In this document: in pieces, positions 26,543 to 39,654 of the stretch
Layout of the letters: every line of letters begins with the position of its first letter
Numbering within the stretch: the stretch's first letter is position 1
NCBI GenBank assembly: GCA_013239625.1
Contig: MU053933.1
Span: 2,443,026-2,507,025 of the forward strand
Length of the DNA stretch: 64,000 nt
From: Lama guanicoe
Taxonomy: Eukaryota
Direction: 5' to 3'
Translations under genes and position numbers: made by a program
Notes under the pieces: model-generated
Told to the model about the DNA's origin: nothing
Seen by the model: only the letters and a program-made list of their open reading frames with translations
The model's database searches: none

Positions 26543-29187
26543 TTTAAGTGACGGTGAAACAGCTCGGTGTTTTCTATGCATTTTAAACAGTTTGCTCTCC
26601 TGCTCTGCAGGGCGTGTGGTGCAGGCTCTGAGGGGCTGGCTCTGTCTGGGCGGGTGCCCCCCCACCCCCAGGCACTCCGGGGGTCCGTCACTGGGGCATA
26701 AGGCCCACAGGCCCAGGCTGGGGAGTGAGGAGGGGGCAGGGGAGTGGGGCTGGGGGACGAGCCCTCTAAGGGGGTCACAGGCAGAGGGAGGGTCAGCCTG
26801 GGCAGTGGTGTCATCCAGCTGAGGGAGCAGCAGGTTAGAGGGAAGCGTGAGGGGCTCTGCACGGTGGAGACGGGAGGGCCCCGCGCCACCTGGAGTCCTT
26901 AGCACCTGTGGGGCCCGGCGGGGGTCCCTGGTGCCCAGGGAGAGGGCCATCGGATCGGTCTGAGGACTGAGGGCAGGGGCCCCCGTGCCTGCCCGCCTGC
27001 CTCTGCCCCCTCCCAGCTGCCTTTGCGTCCCTCTTTCTCTCTCCTGGGGGAGGAAGCTGAACTTCGCACCCAGGTGGTGCTGGCTGCGTGACTGACTGAA
27101 TGAATGAACGAGAGGCAGGAAACAGCGGGGCCTGGGCGGGCCCAGACGATGGAGCCCAGGGCCCGGCAGGGCTGGCCTCGGGCCTGCACACGGTGTGCAG
27201 GGGAGGGGGCTGCTCTGGGGCCCGGCAGACGCCTCCTTCCCCTCTGTGTGAGCTGCAGGCGGGGTTCTGCGCGGCGAGGGAGGGAGGGCCCGGTGCTGAG
27301 GGCTGGCCGTGTGGGGGCAGGCCGCAGGTATCTGGATTGCTGCACAGGTGACCCTGCCCATCTGCTCCTGTCTTTGTCCAGACTGTCTTGCATGGGGCTC
27401 CCACACCGTCTTCCTGGTACCCGACCCAGGTCCTGAAGCCTCAGCGGGTCTGACCGTGTTGGTGCTCTGGGCATTGGGCATCACCAGGTTTGTCTGGGGC
27501 GGGGATGGGGACGCGACTCCCAGGGCCAGGCAGGCCCGGACAGCTGCTCCTGTCGGCATCCAGTGCCGCGCGAAGCCAGGTTTGTACAAACTCCAAACGT
27601 GCTGCTTTTGGAATGTTCCTCGTGCAGTGATAATGCCAGTGCCGCGGCCTGGCTGAGGTCATCATGCCGAGATGTTGGGGCCCAGCCCCTCCACGCCTCC
27701 AGCGGGTTCTCAGGGTCCTCCTGGGTCCAGGAGAGCAGCTGGTGGGCGGAGGCCACACAGCCATGGCTTCCAGGCCCTTCTCTGATGTCGCGATCCTGGG
27801 GTAGCTGGTCCCCTGCTCCTGGACCTGGGGCCATGGGTCTGCATGGAAAGTCCCTTATTTTAAAGCCAAAGACTGTTTTTCTTCTAAAGGCGTTCAGACA
27901 ACGTAGGCTACAATGAAGATCACAGGCATGCTCCTGACGCCGGCTTGTGCTTCTGGAGTCTCCCTCGAGGTCCCCGGGAGAAAACGCGGTCACTTCTGCT
28001 TCTGGACCCTGATGTCTCCCCCGGTGCCGCAGAGGCTGCCGGGCCGTGGGGTCCCCATGCGGCCCCTGCTGGGCCTGTAGCCCGTCCCCCCTGTCCCCGC
28101 AGCCCCCGCCGCCTGAAGAGGCCCCGGGGCCCCTGGCTGGGACCCTCTGCAGAGGGACACTAAGGCCCGGAGACGGGGCGCTCCCCCAGCCGGCCTGGGG
28201 GGGGTCGGGCACACTTCCTGCTGCGTCCTTGGGAACACAGAGCTGCTGGCCGCCCCGTGACCCCCACTTACACACTAGACCTCCACCCTCAGTTCAGGGC
28301 AGCTCGGGGTCTGGGGTGCCCTGACAGCAGCCCCCTCCGCCGCGCCCTTGCCTGCCTTCAGTGTCTGGTTTCTAGCCCAGCGGTAATTACTCCCACCTCG
28401 GCGTCTCTGCCAGGTGGGGGAGCAGATCCTAATTACATAACGATGTTTAATTAGAGAATTGGGCACAGGTCGGCCCTCGGCTGCAGGCCTCCTGCGGAAG
28501 GAGCCGGCCAGGCTTCTCTCCTCTCCTGCAGATGCCCCGGGGTCTGACTGCACCCCCACACCCCAGGCTGGCGTGCCCCTCGCCCTCGTCCTTGTCACCC
28601 GGCAGGGCCCGCCTCCAGCTCCGTCTCATTCTGGCTACTGCTTCCGGCCTCATCAATGGCCGTCCTGAGCCACCCCCACCAGATGGAGAAGGGACCCCTC
28701 TGGCGGGGCAGGCACAACTGTCCTGGAAGCCCAGTCCGGGCCTGCTGGGGCCCACCGGGGGAGGCCGGGGGACGGTGGCCAGTCTGAGCGAGGCGGGTGT
28801 CAGCTCCATGCCAGCGGAACTCACACCTGGAGGCCAGGCTGGAGGCAGCGGCTCTGGGCGGGACCCTTTGGCCCAGACCCCCGACTCTTCCTGGGAGAAG
28901 CTTGAAGACTTGACACGGGGGATTCCCGCCGCCTCCCCGCCAGCTTTCCCTTCAGGGATCCTGCCTCCGGGGCACAGGTGTCCTGCTTTCTCTGGTCGTT
29001 GGAGTCACTTCACTGTGCTCTGAGTCGCCCGGGACACCTCTTCCCTCTGCCGCCGGCGGACACACAGCCACCCTCACTTGACTTGATTTTTACGGGTTGC
29101 TTCTTAAACGTTTATTTTTTTTATAGTATGTAAAGTGTTCCATTGTAGGTGTCAAGACTACAGTATGTAATTTAAATCTCTTTTCTT

Positions 29188-29193
29188 AATAAA
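29188..29193 (+). terminator. Candidate distal polyadenylation signal
   Basis: AATAAA in a second AT-rich island (about 29080-29230) with three upstream TGTA motifs and downstream gggtgggttttatt. Confidence 0.45.
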
Positions 29194-30949
29194 TGTGCTG
29201 GACAGCTAGGACGGGTGGGTTTTATTCTGCTGGAGGATGTGTCTAAAAGCAAGCGTCTGAGTCATATTCGTAGAGGATTGTTAGCGTTTGTCCGCAGAGA
29301 CTGGGGCCACCCTGCACGCTGGGCAGGCACGGCTGGGGCTATGGGCTGGGAGCCCAGGGGGACCAGGTCTACCCCACAGCCCACGCCCAGGCTGGGGGCC
29401 GGCTTGGGCCCTCGGTCTGTGCAGATGGGAAAAGATAATCCCACAGGTAAATGTGGGACTTGAGTAAGTGATGCTGTGTCCAGCGCCAGGTCCCCACCCT
29501 CCCTGTGCCTGGGGGCCCCTGGTGCGCTGGGGCCTTGCAGCCTGAACCCCAGACAGGAGTGATTGGGACTAAATGGAGGAGGAAGAGTGGCTCCAGTGGG
29601 GCCAGGCTGACGGCCACCTCGCCGGGCTCCTGCGCTCAGAGACCACCAGCTCAGACGGGTGCGGGTGGGGGCTCTGGGGTGCCGACCCCCCACCCCTGGG
29701 GACATGTCGGCCGTGGGGTGATGGTGTGAGCGTGTGTGCGCACGTGCGTGTGTGCTTTCAGGAGGGACTCTGCAGGTACGAGGTAGGCGTTTGCTCTCCA
29801 GCGTGTCCTAGCAGGACAGGAAGGAGCCCATCTCCTAAGTCCCGAGCGCGCGTTTCGTGAACTCCTTCTTGGCGCCTGTTCGCGGTCACGTGCTTCATTA
29901 TCACTTTTCCTGCTTGGGGGGCGGGGGTGGGAAGGTGGTGCAATCAGTCTCCACAAGCCGAGCAGGGCTCTGCGTTCCTGGCTCACCACCTGGTGCCTCT
30001 GCGCTCGCCTTCTGCTCAGGCGGGAGCCGCCCACAGCCCTTCCCAGCCCCTCCCGGAGCGGAGAGGTGAGCGGCCACCTTTCAAACCCGAGGCTTTTCCC
30101 ACGGGTCCCTGGGAAGGTTCCCGCCACACCCGCGAGCCTGGGCCCGATGTGGGGGCATCTCTACCTTCGCTGCCCCCTGCCCGAGGCTGGACCGCACCCT
30201 GCTCTCGCTGCCCCCGGATGGAGGAGGTCAGGCCCCTTCTGCTGCAGGGCTTCGTCCTGGTCCTCAGGCCCGACTAGCTGTCCCTTCCAGCCCCCCAACC
30301 CTGATCCAGGCCTGGAGGGACCCCGCCCTGGCCACCCCTCGGGTGTCCTGTTGTCCGGTTGATGTCCTGGTCCTGGCACCCCAGAAGGAGCAGATGGATG
30401 CGCTGGGACCACCACCTGCTCTCCGGGTTCGTCTCCCAGGGTCTCTGACCAGACAGCTCCACCCCCCGCATGCCTGGCCCGGAGCTGCTCCCGCCTCATC
30501 ATCCTGGCACAAAACCGCCTCGTAAGGAACGTCTCCAGGCTCAGCGTGAAGCCGGCCCAGCCACCCTCCTCCCGGGACAGACCGGACACGTCAACCGCCT
30601 CCACCCAGCACTCGGGGGACACGTAGAAGCAGGTCCTAGTGACCGGGTGCCGTCCTGTAGTCTCCCCGTCTCTGTGCTGGGCCCCCCACTGTGGTCTGTC
30701 CCCAGGCCGTGCCCAGAGCCGGTCCTCCCCCAGCTGGTGGTGGGCCTGCACCCCCCGCTCCCCCAGGGAAGCTTCCAGAGTCCAGGTGAGATGCCCTGTG
30801 CTGCGCGGTGAGCAGCAGTGCTGCAGACGGTGGCCTGTCCGTGGTCTGGGGGCCTGGGCGTGGTGGGGACCGCACGGAGCAGAGCCCGGCTAGCGCACGC
30901 GGACCTGTCTGGGGGGAAAGCTCAGCTGTGAGCAGGAAGCCACCCACTG

Positions 30950-31650
30950 CTGGGAATGTTCGTCGTGGCAGCAGAACCTGGCCCGTCGTGACCGATGCAC
31001 CTCCTCCCTTTCCCACCAAGGGGCCCGCGGAGGAGAAAAGGAAGCCACTCTGTGCTGAGGTCAGGAGTGGGCGCCATCGGCAAGTCGGGCCAGAAATACT
31101 GAGAAGTAAGAATTTTCTGCAAGAAACAGCAAGTCAGACGTGCTCCCGGGGAGCAAAGAAGGGCCTCCCTGCGTGGCCCCAGCGGCGCCTCTGTTCCCCG
31201 GGGAGGCGGCCCCAGCGGGACGCGCCTGCCTGCAGGGGCCCGTGTCCGAGGTGCCCGGAGAGACGCTGACGCACCGCCGGACGCAGACGAGTTCTCCGAC
31301 ACACGCAACGGGGCCGAAAGTGACCTCTCAGTCGCACTGAGGCGCGTGGCCAAAGGAACAGCTGCGCTCACAGTGAGTTGGGTCAAGCAGGAAGCAACAC
31401 GGCGTGACAGGTGGTCCGGAAAAGAAGCACGGAAGACGCTGCCCAAGGAAGCTTCTAGAAGGCAGTGGAGGAGACCTGAGCATCGTGAGGTTGTCTTCAT
31501 ACACAAGAGAATAGGAAGTGCTTGGACGAAGCATTCCGCTCCGGACCGTGGAGGAGAGGACTATGGCACGGCCCGGAGCCCCAGGAAGCTGTGGGGACCC
31601 CTGGAGAGATAAAAAGCGGTGGCTGGTTTGGCAAATAGAAAACCGTAGAG
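30950..31650 (+). mobile_element. Highly decayed L1 ORF2 fragment
   Basis: Purine/A-rich + strand stretches (aaagaagcacggaag, cacaagagaataggaag, tggctggtttggcaaatagaaaac) reminiscent of the L1 post-endonuclease region. Weak evidence. Confidence 0.35.
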
Positions 31651-33814
31651 TCATGAGTCCGGGAGCGCGGACGCCCCCGGGGGCTGCTTGGGGCGGAGTC
31701 CGCCCCCTGGATGTCGCACCGGGGCACCGTCAGGGAGGTGGCCGGTCCCCGCTCTGCCAGGAGCGGCCGCGGGTCCAGCTGACGGGGCTCTGCCCGGCCT
31801 GTCCTCGTCCTCACAGCCGGCCCTCCGCACACGGGGACCAAGACGGTGCTGCAAGTGTCACACCTGGTTGTGTGGCGTCTGTCTGTCGGTGTGAGCCACG
31901 TCAGGAGTGTGCTAGCCCCTGCCCCGGCCCCCGGACCCCTGCCCGGCCAGGCGGCCGTGCCTGCTCTCCGAGGCGCTGGGGAGGGCAGGCAGCGGGCGCT
32001 GTGTCTCGTCTCCCCTGCCCTTCCCACCAAGGAGAAGGACTCAGACTGGACACGGGGAGCTGGGCTCCCGGGACGGGGCAGGGCTCACGGCAGCCCCAAA
32101 GGGGTCAGTCCTTTCCTCCCAGTGATCTGGGAAGAAGGCCAGAGGCCCCGAAGTCCGAGCGTCTGGACGGGCCCACGGTGGGGCCCGAGGGGCAGGAAAC
32201 ACTGTGTGCACCTCGTCCAGGGCTGGTGCCAAGAGGACCCGCTCCAGCCACGCCAGGCTCAGGGTGAGTCTCGGAGCCCCCCTTCCCTGTCCTGACCACA
32301 GGATGTCACACAGCAGCCCCCAGAACACGGGGCCCCCAACGTTGAAGGAAACCAAGCACCTTCTCTCCTCCCACCCAACCCCAAGAGCCAGGCTGAGCCC
32401 TCTCCCGCCAGGAGAAAGCAGGGGTCTCTCTGGGCCTCTGGAGTGGGCCCTGGCTGGGGGCCCCACATGCCCACGTGTGGCTCCTTCCCAGCTGGGCCAG
32501 CGACCTCTGAGTGCGGCCACCCCTGCTTCCGTCCGGCTCCCGGGCCGCGAGCAGGAGGCCTCGCAGCTGCTCAGAGAGGAGCGAAGGTTGTTTGGACGAG
32601 ACTAAAACAGGACGACCATATATCAAAGGCAGCTGTAAAGCAGGACTTAGCCTTGTAACAACACTGTGGTTTTGTTTGCGCATCTTGAAAAATGTGAGTG
32701 TGATCTCAGCCAGGTGGTGGCCACAGGCCGAGGCCTCGGGGGGCCTCTGCTGTCACTCAGGAGCACAAGCCCTCGTGGGCCCCCAGTCCCAGAGGCCGCT
32801 GCGGCCCCTGCTTGCCCAGCTGAAAGGGGCGACACACTGTCGGGGGGCCGTTCTCCCCAGCCCGCCTCTGCCCACGGCCGCTGGTGTTGGTAAGAGTGAC
32901 GGAAGGGCCTTCTCCACCCTCTGGGGCCGGGCTCGGGGCTGGTGGTGTCCCCATGTTGCCTCGGACCCCGGCCAACCCCACGACGGGGGCGCCTCTGGCC
33001 GGGAGCTACGGGTGAGGACGCTGAGGCCGGCTCCCTCATCCACCGAGGGGGCCTGAGCCCCGGGCCGTCAGCTCACAGGAGCCGGCCCCCCAGACGGCCC
33101 TGCTGCCCCACTGATGGTGTGCCCCTTGCCCCTCACCCCACACATGGCACGGTGGCCCTGACAGCCCATGGCAGCCCTGTCCACGCCGGTTCTGAAAGGC
33201 CGCGTGGCTCCTTTGAGGTGCACGGTGAGGGTGGGGGGCTACAGCCAACACCCATCCTGGTAATGGACCCTCCAGCCCCAGCCCTGCAGGCGGGGCAGCC
33301 CGAGGTGCAGCGGGAAGCTGCAGGAGTTGCGGCCTCTGGGCTGTGTGAAGCTGTGTTTGGGGCTAATTCGTGACACAGCGGCAGGTACCTGATACACAGG
33401 GCCCGGCAGGCCACACCCAGCCCCGTCCCACCATGACCGCACCTTGGCCCCTTGCAGTGGGGGCCGACTCACTGCTCCCAGAGCCCGCTGCCCCTGCCAG
33501 CCAGGCTCCAAGCATCCCAGCCCTGCCAGGCCACATCCAGTGTGTCCCTGTCAGGCCCAGGCCCCCTCGCCCTTGGCTAGGCCCCTCCCCATCCTTCTCT
33601 CCCCAGCCCACCGGGGCCCACCCTGTTCAGGGCGCCATCCTCACACACAGCCCTGGGCCCCCTGTCCTCACCGATGTCCCCTGAGACTTCATCCGGCCTC
33701 ACTCCTCACCCTCCCCTGCCCCAGCTGCCCTTTCCAGTGTTTCCTGGGACCCAAGGAAATTTTCCTGGATCCCAGCCCTGCCTTGCAGGTTCTGCAAACC
33801 CCTTGCCTTCTGCC

Positions 33815-34465
33815 CTCCCACCCCCACACCTGTCCCACCCCCCCCGTNNNNNNNNNNNNNNNNNNNNNNNNNNNNNNNNNNNNNNNNNNNNNNNNNNNNN
33901 NNNNNNNNNNNNNNNNNNNNNNNNNNNNNNNNNNNNNNNNNNNNNNNNNNNNNNNNNNNNNNNNNNNNNNNNNNNNNNNNNNNNNNNNNNNNNNNNNNNN
34001 NNNNNNNNNNNNNNNNNNNNNNNNNNNNNNNNNNNNNNNNNNNNNNNNNNNNNNNNNNNNNNNNNNNNNNNNNNNNNNNNNNNNNNNNNNNNNNNNNNNN
34101 NNNNNNNNNNNNNNNNNNNNNNNNNNNNNNNNNNNNNNNNNNNNNNNNNNNNNNNNNNNNNNNNNNNNNNNNNNNNNNNNNNNNNNNNNNNNNNNNNNNN
34201 NNNNNNNNNNNNNNNNNNNNNNNNNNNNNNNNNNNNNNNNNNNNNNNNNNNNNNNNNNNNNNNNNNNNNNNNNNNNNNNNNNNNNNNNNNNNNNNNNNNN
34301 NNNNNNNNNNNNNNNNNNNNNNNNNNNNNNNNNNNNNNNNNNNNNNNNNNNNNNNNNNNNNNNNNNNNNNNNNNNNNNNNNNNNNNNNNNNNNNNCCTGT
34401 CCCACCCCCCACACCTGTCCCACTCCCACACCTGTCCCATCCCCCATACTTCTCCCACCCCCAGT
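33815..34465. repeat. C-rich minisatellite (unit about 18-19 bp, CCCACACCTGTCCCAC[C/T]C) interrupted by an assembly gap
   Basis: The same unit flanks both sides of the N-run at 33848-34395. Confidence 0.8.
33848..34395. other. Assembly gap (548 N)
   Basis: Run of N. Confidence 0.99.
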
Positions 34466-35059
34466 GAGTGTGTCAAGAACCCACCCCGGCAGCCACCGCT
34501 CAGGTTATAAAACCCGCTTGTCGGCCTCCATGGAACGCCTCGCCGGTGACAGGACCCCAGGGGCAGTGGGTGAAATGTGCAGCCCCTGCTGGTGGTGTCC
34601 TGTGACGAGGCTGAGAAGGCGCTTTGTCAGTGAGGCCCGGGCACTGGCTCTGCCCGCAGTGATGCCTCCTGAGGACCCCAGGTCTGGGACACAGTTTCCC
34701 AGCCTTGGGCGCAGAGTCTTGGCCAGCCAGATGGGACTGGCCCAGGGGAGACCTGGGTCCCTCCCAAAAGGTCCGTCTGTTCGAGCACAGTGGCCCGGTC
34801 TTAGCCTGCGTCCGGGGCTGCAGGTTGTTGGGTTGGGGCCTGGGCATCGGGGCAGAGGAAGAAGGGTGGCTCGGGGGCAGCTGTCCAGTGACAGTGAGGG
34901 TGCTGATCCGTGTGCTCTGCGTTCCTGCACGTCGTGAACAGAATTCCCATGTGGCTCTTGTTTATGGGCCTTTATTAATGGTTTACATTTCTGTTGAACC
35001 GTTCATTAGCTGTGCAGCCGACAGAGCTGTAACTGCACCCCAGCACTGAGACCGGGGCC

Positions 35060-35195
35060 CACATGTGTGCCTGTGTGTGCACGTGTGTATGTCAATTAAT
35101 ATTGCCCAGGTATGCGTGCAAGTGTGTTCACATGTGCATTGTGTGCCCACACGTGTGCCCCTTGTATGTGTGTTCATGTGTGCACACATGCACAG
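35060..35195. repeat. Degenerate (TG/CA) alternating purine-pyrimidine low-complexity tract
   Basis: catgtgtgcctgtgtgtgcacgtgtgtatg...tgtgtgcacacatgcaca. Confidence 0.7.
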
Positions 35196-38100
35196 AGGGC
35201 TCTCGTGTTCTTGAACTTGAACTCCTGGGCCCAAGGCCCCCATCTGCTTGAGGGGTGGTGACCCGCAGAGGAAGATTCTGCAGCAAGTTGATGCGGGGAA
35301 GCTGTTCTTCGCTCTGAGAGAGGATTCCCCAAGTTCTTCCATCTCCGTTTAGAGCCTGGTCCTAGCCTGGAGGACAGGGACGCACCGGCCCCTCCTTCCT
35401 GCCTCGTGGAGGGCCACAGGCGCCTGCAGCCTCTGACTGGCAGGTCCGGACAGAGCCTGTTTAATCAGATGGTGTTTCCAGGAGCCAATAACAAACATAC
35501 TTTCTGGAAGCAGCGGGAACAGCCTGTCTCCCAGGAGAGGAAGGAAAACAAGAAGCTGCTGGTAGCCACACCCAAGACAGTTAAAGGCCACCGGGGTGAC
35601 CGGGCCTGGCCTTGCCAGCTGGCACGAGGGAGGGAGCTCTGCACGTGCAAAGGCCCTGCGCACGGAAGCCTGCAGACTCAGGGCCGTGGCCTGGGCACCG
35701 AGGGCCTGCAGCTCTGGTGTAGACAGAGGTCCACCTGCCTGGAGGCCGCAGCCACTGCCTCAGGCAGCTGCTCCCCAGTCTGGCTCTTTAGAGGCCCCTG
35801 CCTCCATCAACCCTCCCAGCCCAGGTCCTGATGCCAGGTGAGGGGGCCTCGCCCTCAGAGGTGGGTCTGTGGCCCCCTCCCTGGACCCCACCTCCCCAGG
35901 AAGGCTGGTGGCCTCCCGGAGGGGGACAATGTCCTGCAGGCAGCAGGCGGGTCTTGGCCTGAGCCCTGTCAGGATTCACGTAGGACATTACTTAGAGAAC
36001 CACAGAGTTTCCCTTGGGAGACAGCCCTGCCGGGGTGCCAAGAGGAGGCCTGTGGCCGCCCGGGCTCTCTGCCTCTTGGAATCTGATCTCCCGTTTTGTT
36101 CGTAAGCCGCTGGCCTGACGAGCCGACCCCACTCAGCCTGGGCCGCCTGCTGAGGCCGCGGCCCTGGGGCGTTCTCGGTGGAGTTCCGCACTCACACGGG
36201 AAGGAGGGGTCAGTCCGAGGCCGTGGCGCCCAGCTGTGCACAGCCACCCCCACCCTGATCCGGATTCCCTGGGGCTTCGATGGGACGGAAATCCAGATCT
36301 GAACCCCTCTTCCCAGGTGAGTCTCACGTGCAGTTGGGGTGCAGGGAGAGAAAGGACCTCACTGGGGGGTGAGGGGGCTGGACTGTGGACCCAGTGGGTT
36401 CGGGGTGAGGCCCGGAGCAGCTGGGCTGGGTCGGAGGCAGGCCGGATTGGGCCCTTTCCTGGGGCGTGCTCTGTGACCTGGGAGAGAGCTCGCCGCAGCG
36501 GGGGAGTCATCACAAGCTCGGCGCTGATGCCTCCAGGAGAAACACCTTTTATTTTCAGTCTGCACTGTCAGCTTCCTGGACAGCTGAGGACCAGACGCTG
36601 CTGGGTCTGCCCGCCCCGCCTCCGAGCTGAAGCTGGGGCAGCCTCCTCGCGCACCCAGAACCATCTGCTCCCTGAGCACGCGCCATTCACAGCCAGGCCG
36701 GGAGGAAGGAGCCATGAGCGGGCCTGATGGGCAGGTGATGGGGCAGTTTGACAACAGACAAGACCCCTGCGGGCTGCGCCGCCTGGTCCCGCCGGCCCTG
36801 GCTGGGCAGTGTCCTCAGGGAGGCCGTGGGGAGGGCCCTCTGGACTCCCCGGCACCCCTCACTCCCCGCCCCGGGGATCCGCAGGGGGGCTGAGGCCAGC
36901 CCTAAAAACTGGAGGGAAGGGTGGCCAAGCAGCGGAAGCCCCGGCTCCGGGTGGGCAGCAGGAGCCCGGCCTCTCTGCTGGGCAGGTGGCAGCTGAAGAG
37001 GCCCAGCGTCCACAGCGCATGAGAAAGAGACACCCGGCTCGGGGTGCGGGTCTAGGCTCTGCTCTCTGTAGCCCCAAGACGGGGCTGCGTCTGCTTCACG
37101 GGCCACCAGGCCCCGTGCACCCCGACCATCCAGCTGAGTCCCGGGCAGGGTGTAACCCAGTGTCTGGACTCCGAGCAGTGCCTCTGCTGCTGTCTACCCC
37201 TTCCCCGTCTCCTGGGGCCCGTGATTTGCCCCCCCCCGACTTTCTGGGGTCACCCATTCCTTCCCTGCACACCCTGTGGGCTGGAGTTTGCCTGGCACCC
37301 CGCGTGCGTCTGTGCACATCTGGACTTTTCCAGAATAGAAGGTTCTGGAAGCCGCGGCCAGCGCCCTGTGCGTCCTCAGCTGGCTCAGGTGTCAGTGCAT
37401 CTTCTTGAAAGGAACTCTGGTCTGCTCTGCTGGATTCTGTGAGGCCGGCTCCTGCAGACCTGCTTCCCTGGGGGGTCTGCAGACAGGGCCTTCCCAGGGT
37501 GGCCACCCTCCCTCGTTCCTGTCCAGCGGTGGGGCTGCCCAGATGCAAAACCTGGACCCACATTGGCCTCATGTGTGCCCAAGGGTCAGCTGCCCAGCAG
37601 CGTCCATGTCCACCCAATGGGCAGAAGCTGGGCCAGCGCAGCTGTGGGGCCACCTGTGTCCCTACCTTGGACGGAGGCTAAGCCCCTGGGCGGCTCCCAT
37701 ACGGCTGCTCGGAGGTCAGTGGTCCTGCTGTCCAGATGCCAAGGCCACGCGCACTCCAGAAACCTGGCTGGGCTGACACCTCGCCCTCCCCCGGGTCCTC
37801 TCCCACGGGCATGAGCCAGCACCTCGGAAAGGATCTCTTTGGTCAGTGGGGGACAGTAAGGGACAGCCTGGCCTCCCTCTGGCAGGCCTTCAGCTGCCTG
37901 CTCACCATGGAGCTGTCCCTACACAGGCCAGCAGGCTGGTGGTGGAGCAGGAATTCGTGACCCAGGGCCAAGCCTGACCTTGTCCCAGCCCCCTGGGGCT
38001 CCTGGGTGTGGGAGCGCCAGCCCTGCTGCTGTCCCTGGCCCAGCCCTGACCACGCGCTGCTCGGCTCCCCTGGGGCGGGAGCTGCAGGGGCAGATGGGGG

Positions 38101-38629
38101 GTTGAGGAGTGAGCTCAGCCCAAAGGAGTACTTAGGGATGCCCCTTCTCTGGCCTCAGTTTCCCTGATCCGGGAGGGCCCCCCACTGCCCACTGCTCACA
38201 GTCTACAGTGTTCCCGAGGGTCTCGCGTCTCCATGCCGTCAATGATGCCGGGGGGAGGGGCTGGCAAGGCCCCTCCTCTCCTCCCATGGGGTAGGGGTGC
38301 CTCTGCAAGGGGCCGAGCAGCTCGTGAGCTGTTTCATGGCAAGTCAGGCGCTTCTCGGAGAAAGCGCTTGCTTGGTCGTGGGAACGGCCGGTGCGACGCG
38401 CTTTCCAGAGACAGAACAAGGGAGCAGCTAGGACGCGGCCAGAGGGGCAGCCAGTGCCGGTCAGGCGGGGTCTGTGGCCGCGCCCACTTCTCCCTGCAAA
38501 ACCCCCGCATGGCCAAATGGTCCAAGAAACTGCCACTCGGGGGGCCCTCGGTGTTTGTTACAATGAGAATCGGGTCCTTTGGCTCTTCTCTATCTGTCTC
38601 TGGCCAGTTCGGGGTCATGGCTGTCTCAG

Positions 38630-38986
38630 CTGGACGTATTAGCTCGGACAGCTTAACCCACGTAAGTTATTCTCTCAAGGTCTGGAGGCTGAAGCCCGAG
38701 GTCCGGGTGTGGCAGGGCTGGTCCCTCCCACAGGCCTCTCTCCGGGGTGTGTGAACGCTGTGTCCTCCTGTGTCCCCACGTGGTCGTCCCTCTGTGCATG
38801 TCTGTGTCCTGATCCCTTCTTCTTACAAGGACATCTGTCCCTATTAGAGCCGGTGCCACTTTAGTGACCTCATTTTAACTTAATTACCCTTTTAAAGACC
38901 CTATTTCCAAATATTGTCCCATTCTGAGGTCCTCAGAGATCAGGACCTCAACATAGAATTTTGGGGGCAAAACTCAGCCCATAACA
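38630..38986 (-). mobile_element. MaLR LTR (MLT1A-like)
   Basis: tctggaggctgaagcccgaggtc...cttcttacaaggaca...gacctcattttaacttaattacccttttaaagaccctatttccaaata...cagcccataaca, which is a typical MLT1 terminus. Confidence 0.85.
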
Positions 38987-39654
38987 GGGGTGTTAGCAGC
39001 CTTGGGTTTGGGAACTCTGGGGGTCACACCCGTGCAGATCCAAGCGTCTGATCTGAAGAGGGGCTGGGCTGTAGGGGGTCTCGACTGTGGGATCTGTCCT
39101 AGGCCTGGTCCCCTGGGGTCCCCAGGCCGCTCTGCTGGGCCCTATCCCTGTCGGTCCCCCCAGCCCTCCTGTCTGTAAGGGGAGCATGTCCTCTGTCTGT
39201 GAGCCCGCCCAGCCAAGGGAGGGTCACACACATGGAGCCCAGTGGAGGCTGGCCTGTCCTGTTGTCACCACCATGGCAGTGGCATGGGGGAGGACCAGGG
39301 CGTCTGTACTCTGCCCGGCAGCCCTCCGCCGGCCCTGCACTCCCGCATCCTCCTGCAGCCACGCTTCACGCTGTGTGGGTGAACCCCCACCTCTGGCTGT
39401 GTCTCCTGTTTCTGTGTTTCTGGGCTCAGTGTTCACAGCTCCTCTGCTGGGAGAAAGGGTGCCATCTAGCCAGGAGCTGGGAGGAGCCGAGGGGCATCTC
39501 CACTGCACGGCCCGCAGGTGAGGGAGCGTTTCAAAGCCCTTGTGTTCAGAGGGACGTCTTCATCGGGCGGCCAGATCGGGTCTGACTCACCCTCCGTGCT
39601 AATCACCTCAACAGCTCTGCCCCAGGTCAGCTTCAGGGGTTCTGGGTCAGTATC

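Noticed and set aside
22890..27080. CTCF-like motifs (about 22892, 26883 and 27067)
   Set aside because: Only partial matches, which are common by chance at this GC content. A PWM scan and ChIP data would be needed.
26528..27589. 353-aa minus-strand ORF, and other long ORFs such as 11826-12701, 7386-8177 and 60202-61044
   Set aside because: They are Pro/Gly/Arg/Ala-rich translations with no recognisable domain and overlap in all six frames. This is expected from stop-codon scarcity in very GC-rich DNA.
33444..34937. 497-aa and neighbouring ORFs
   Set aside because: They are long only because they read through the N gap.
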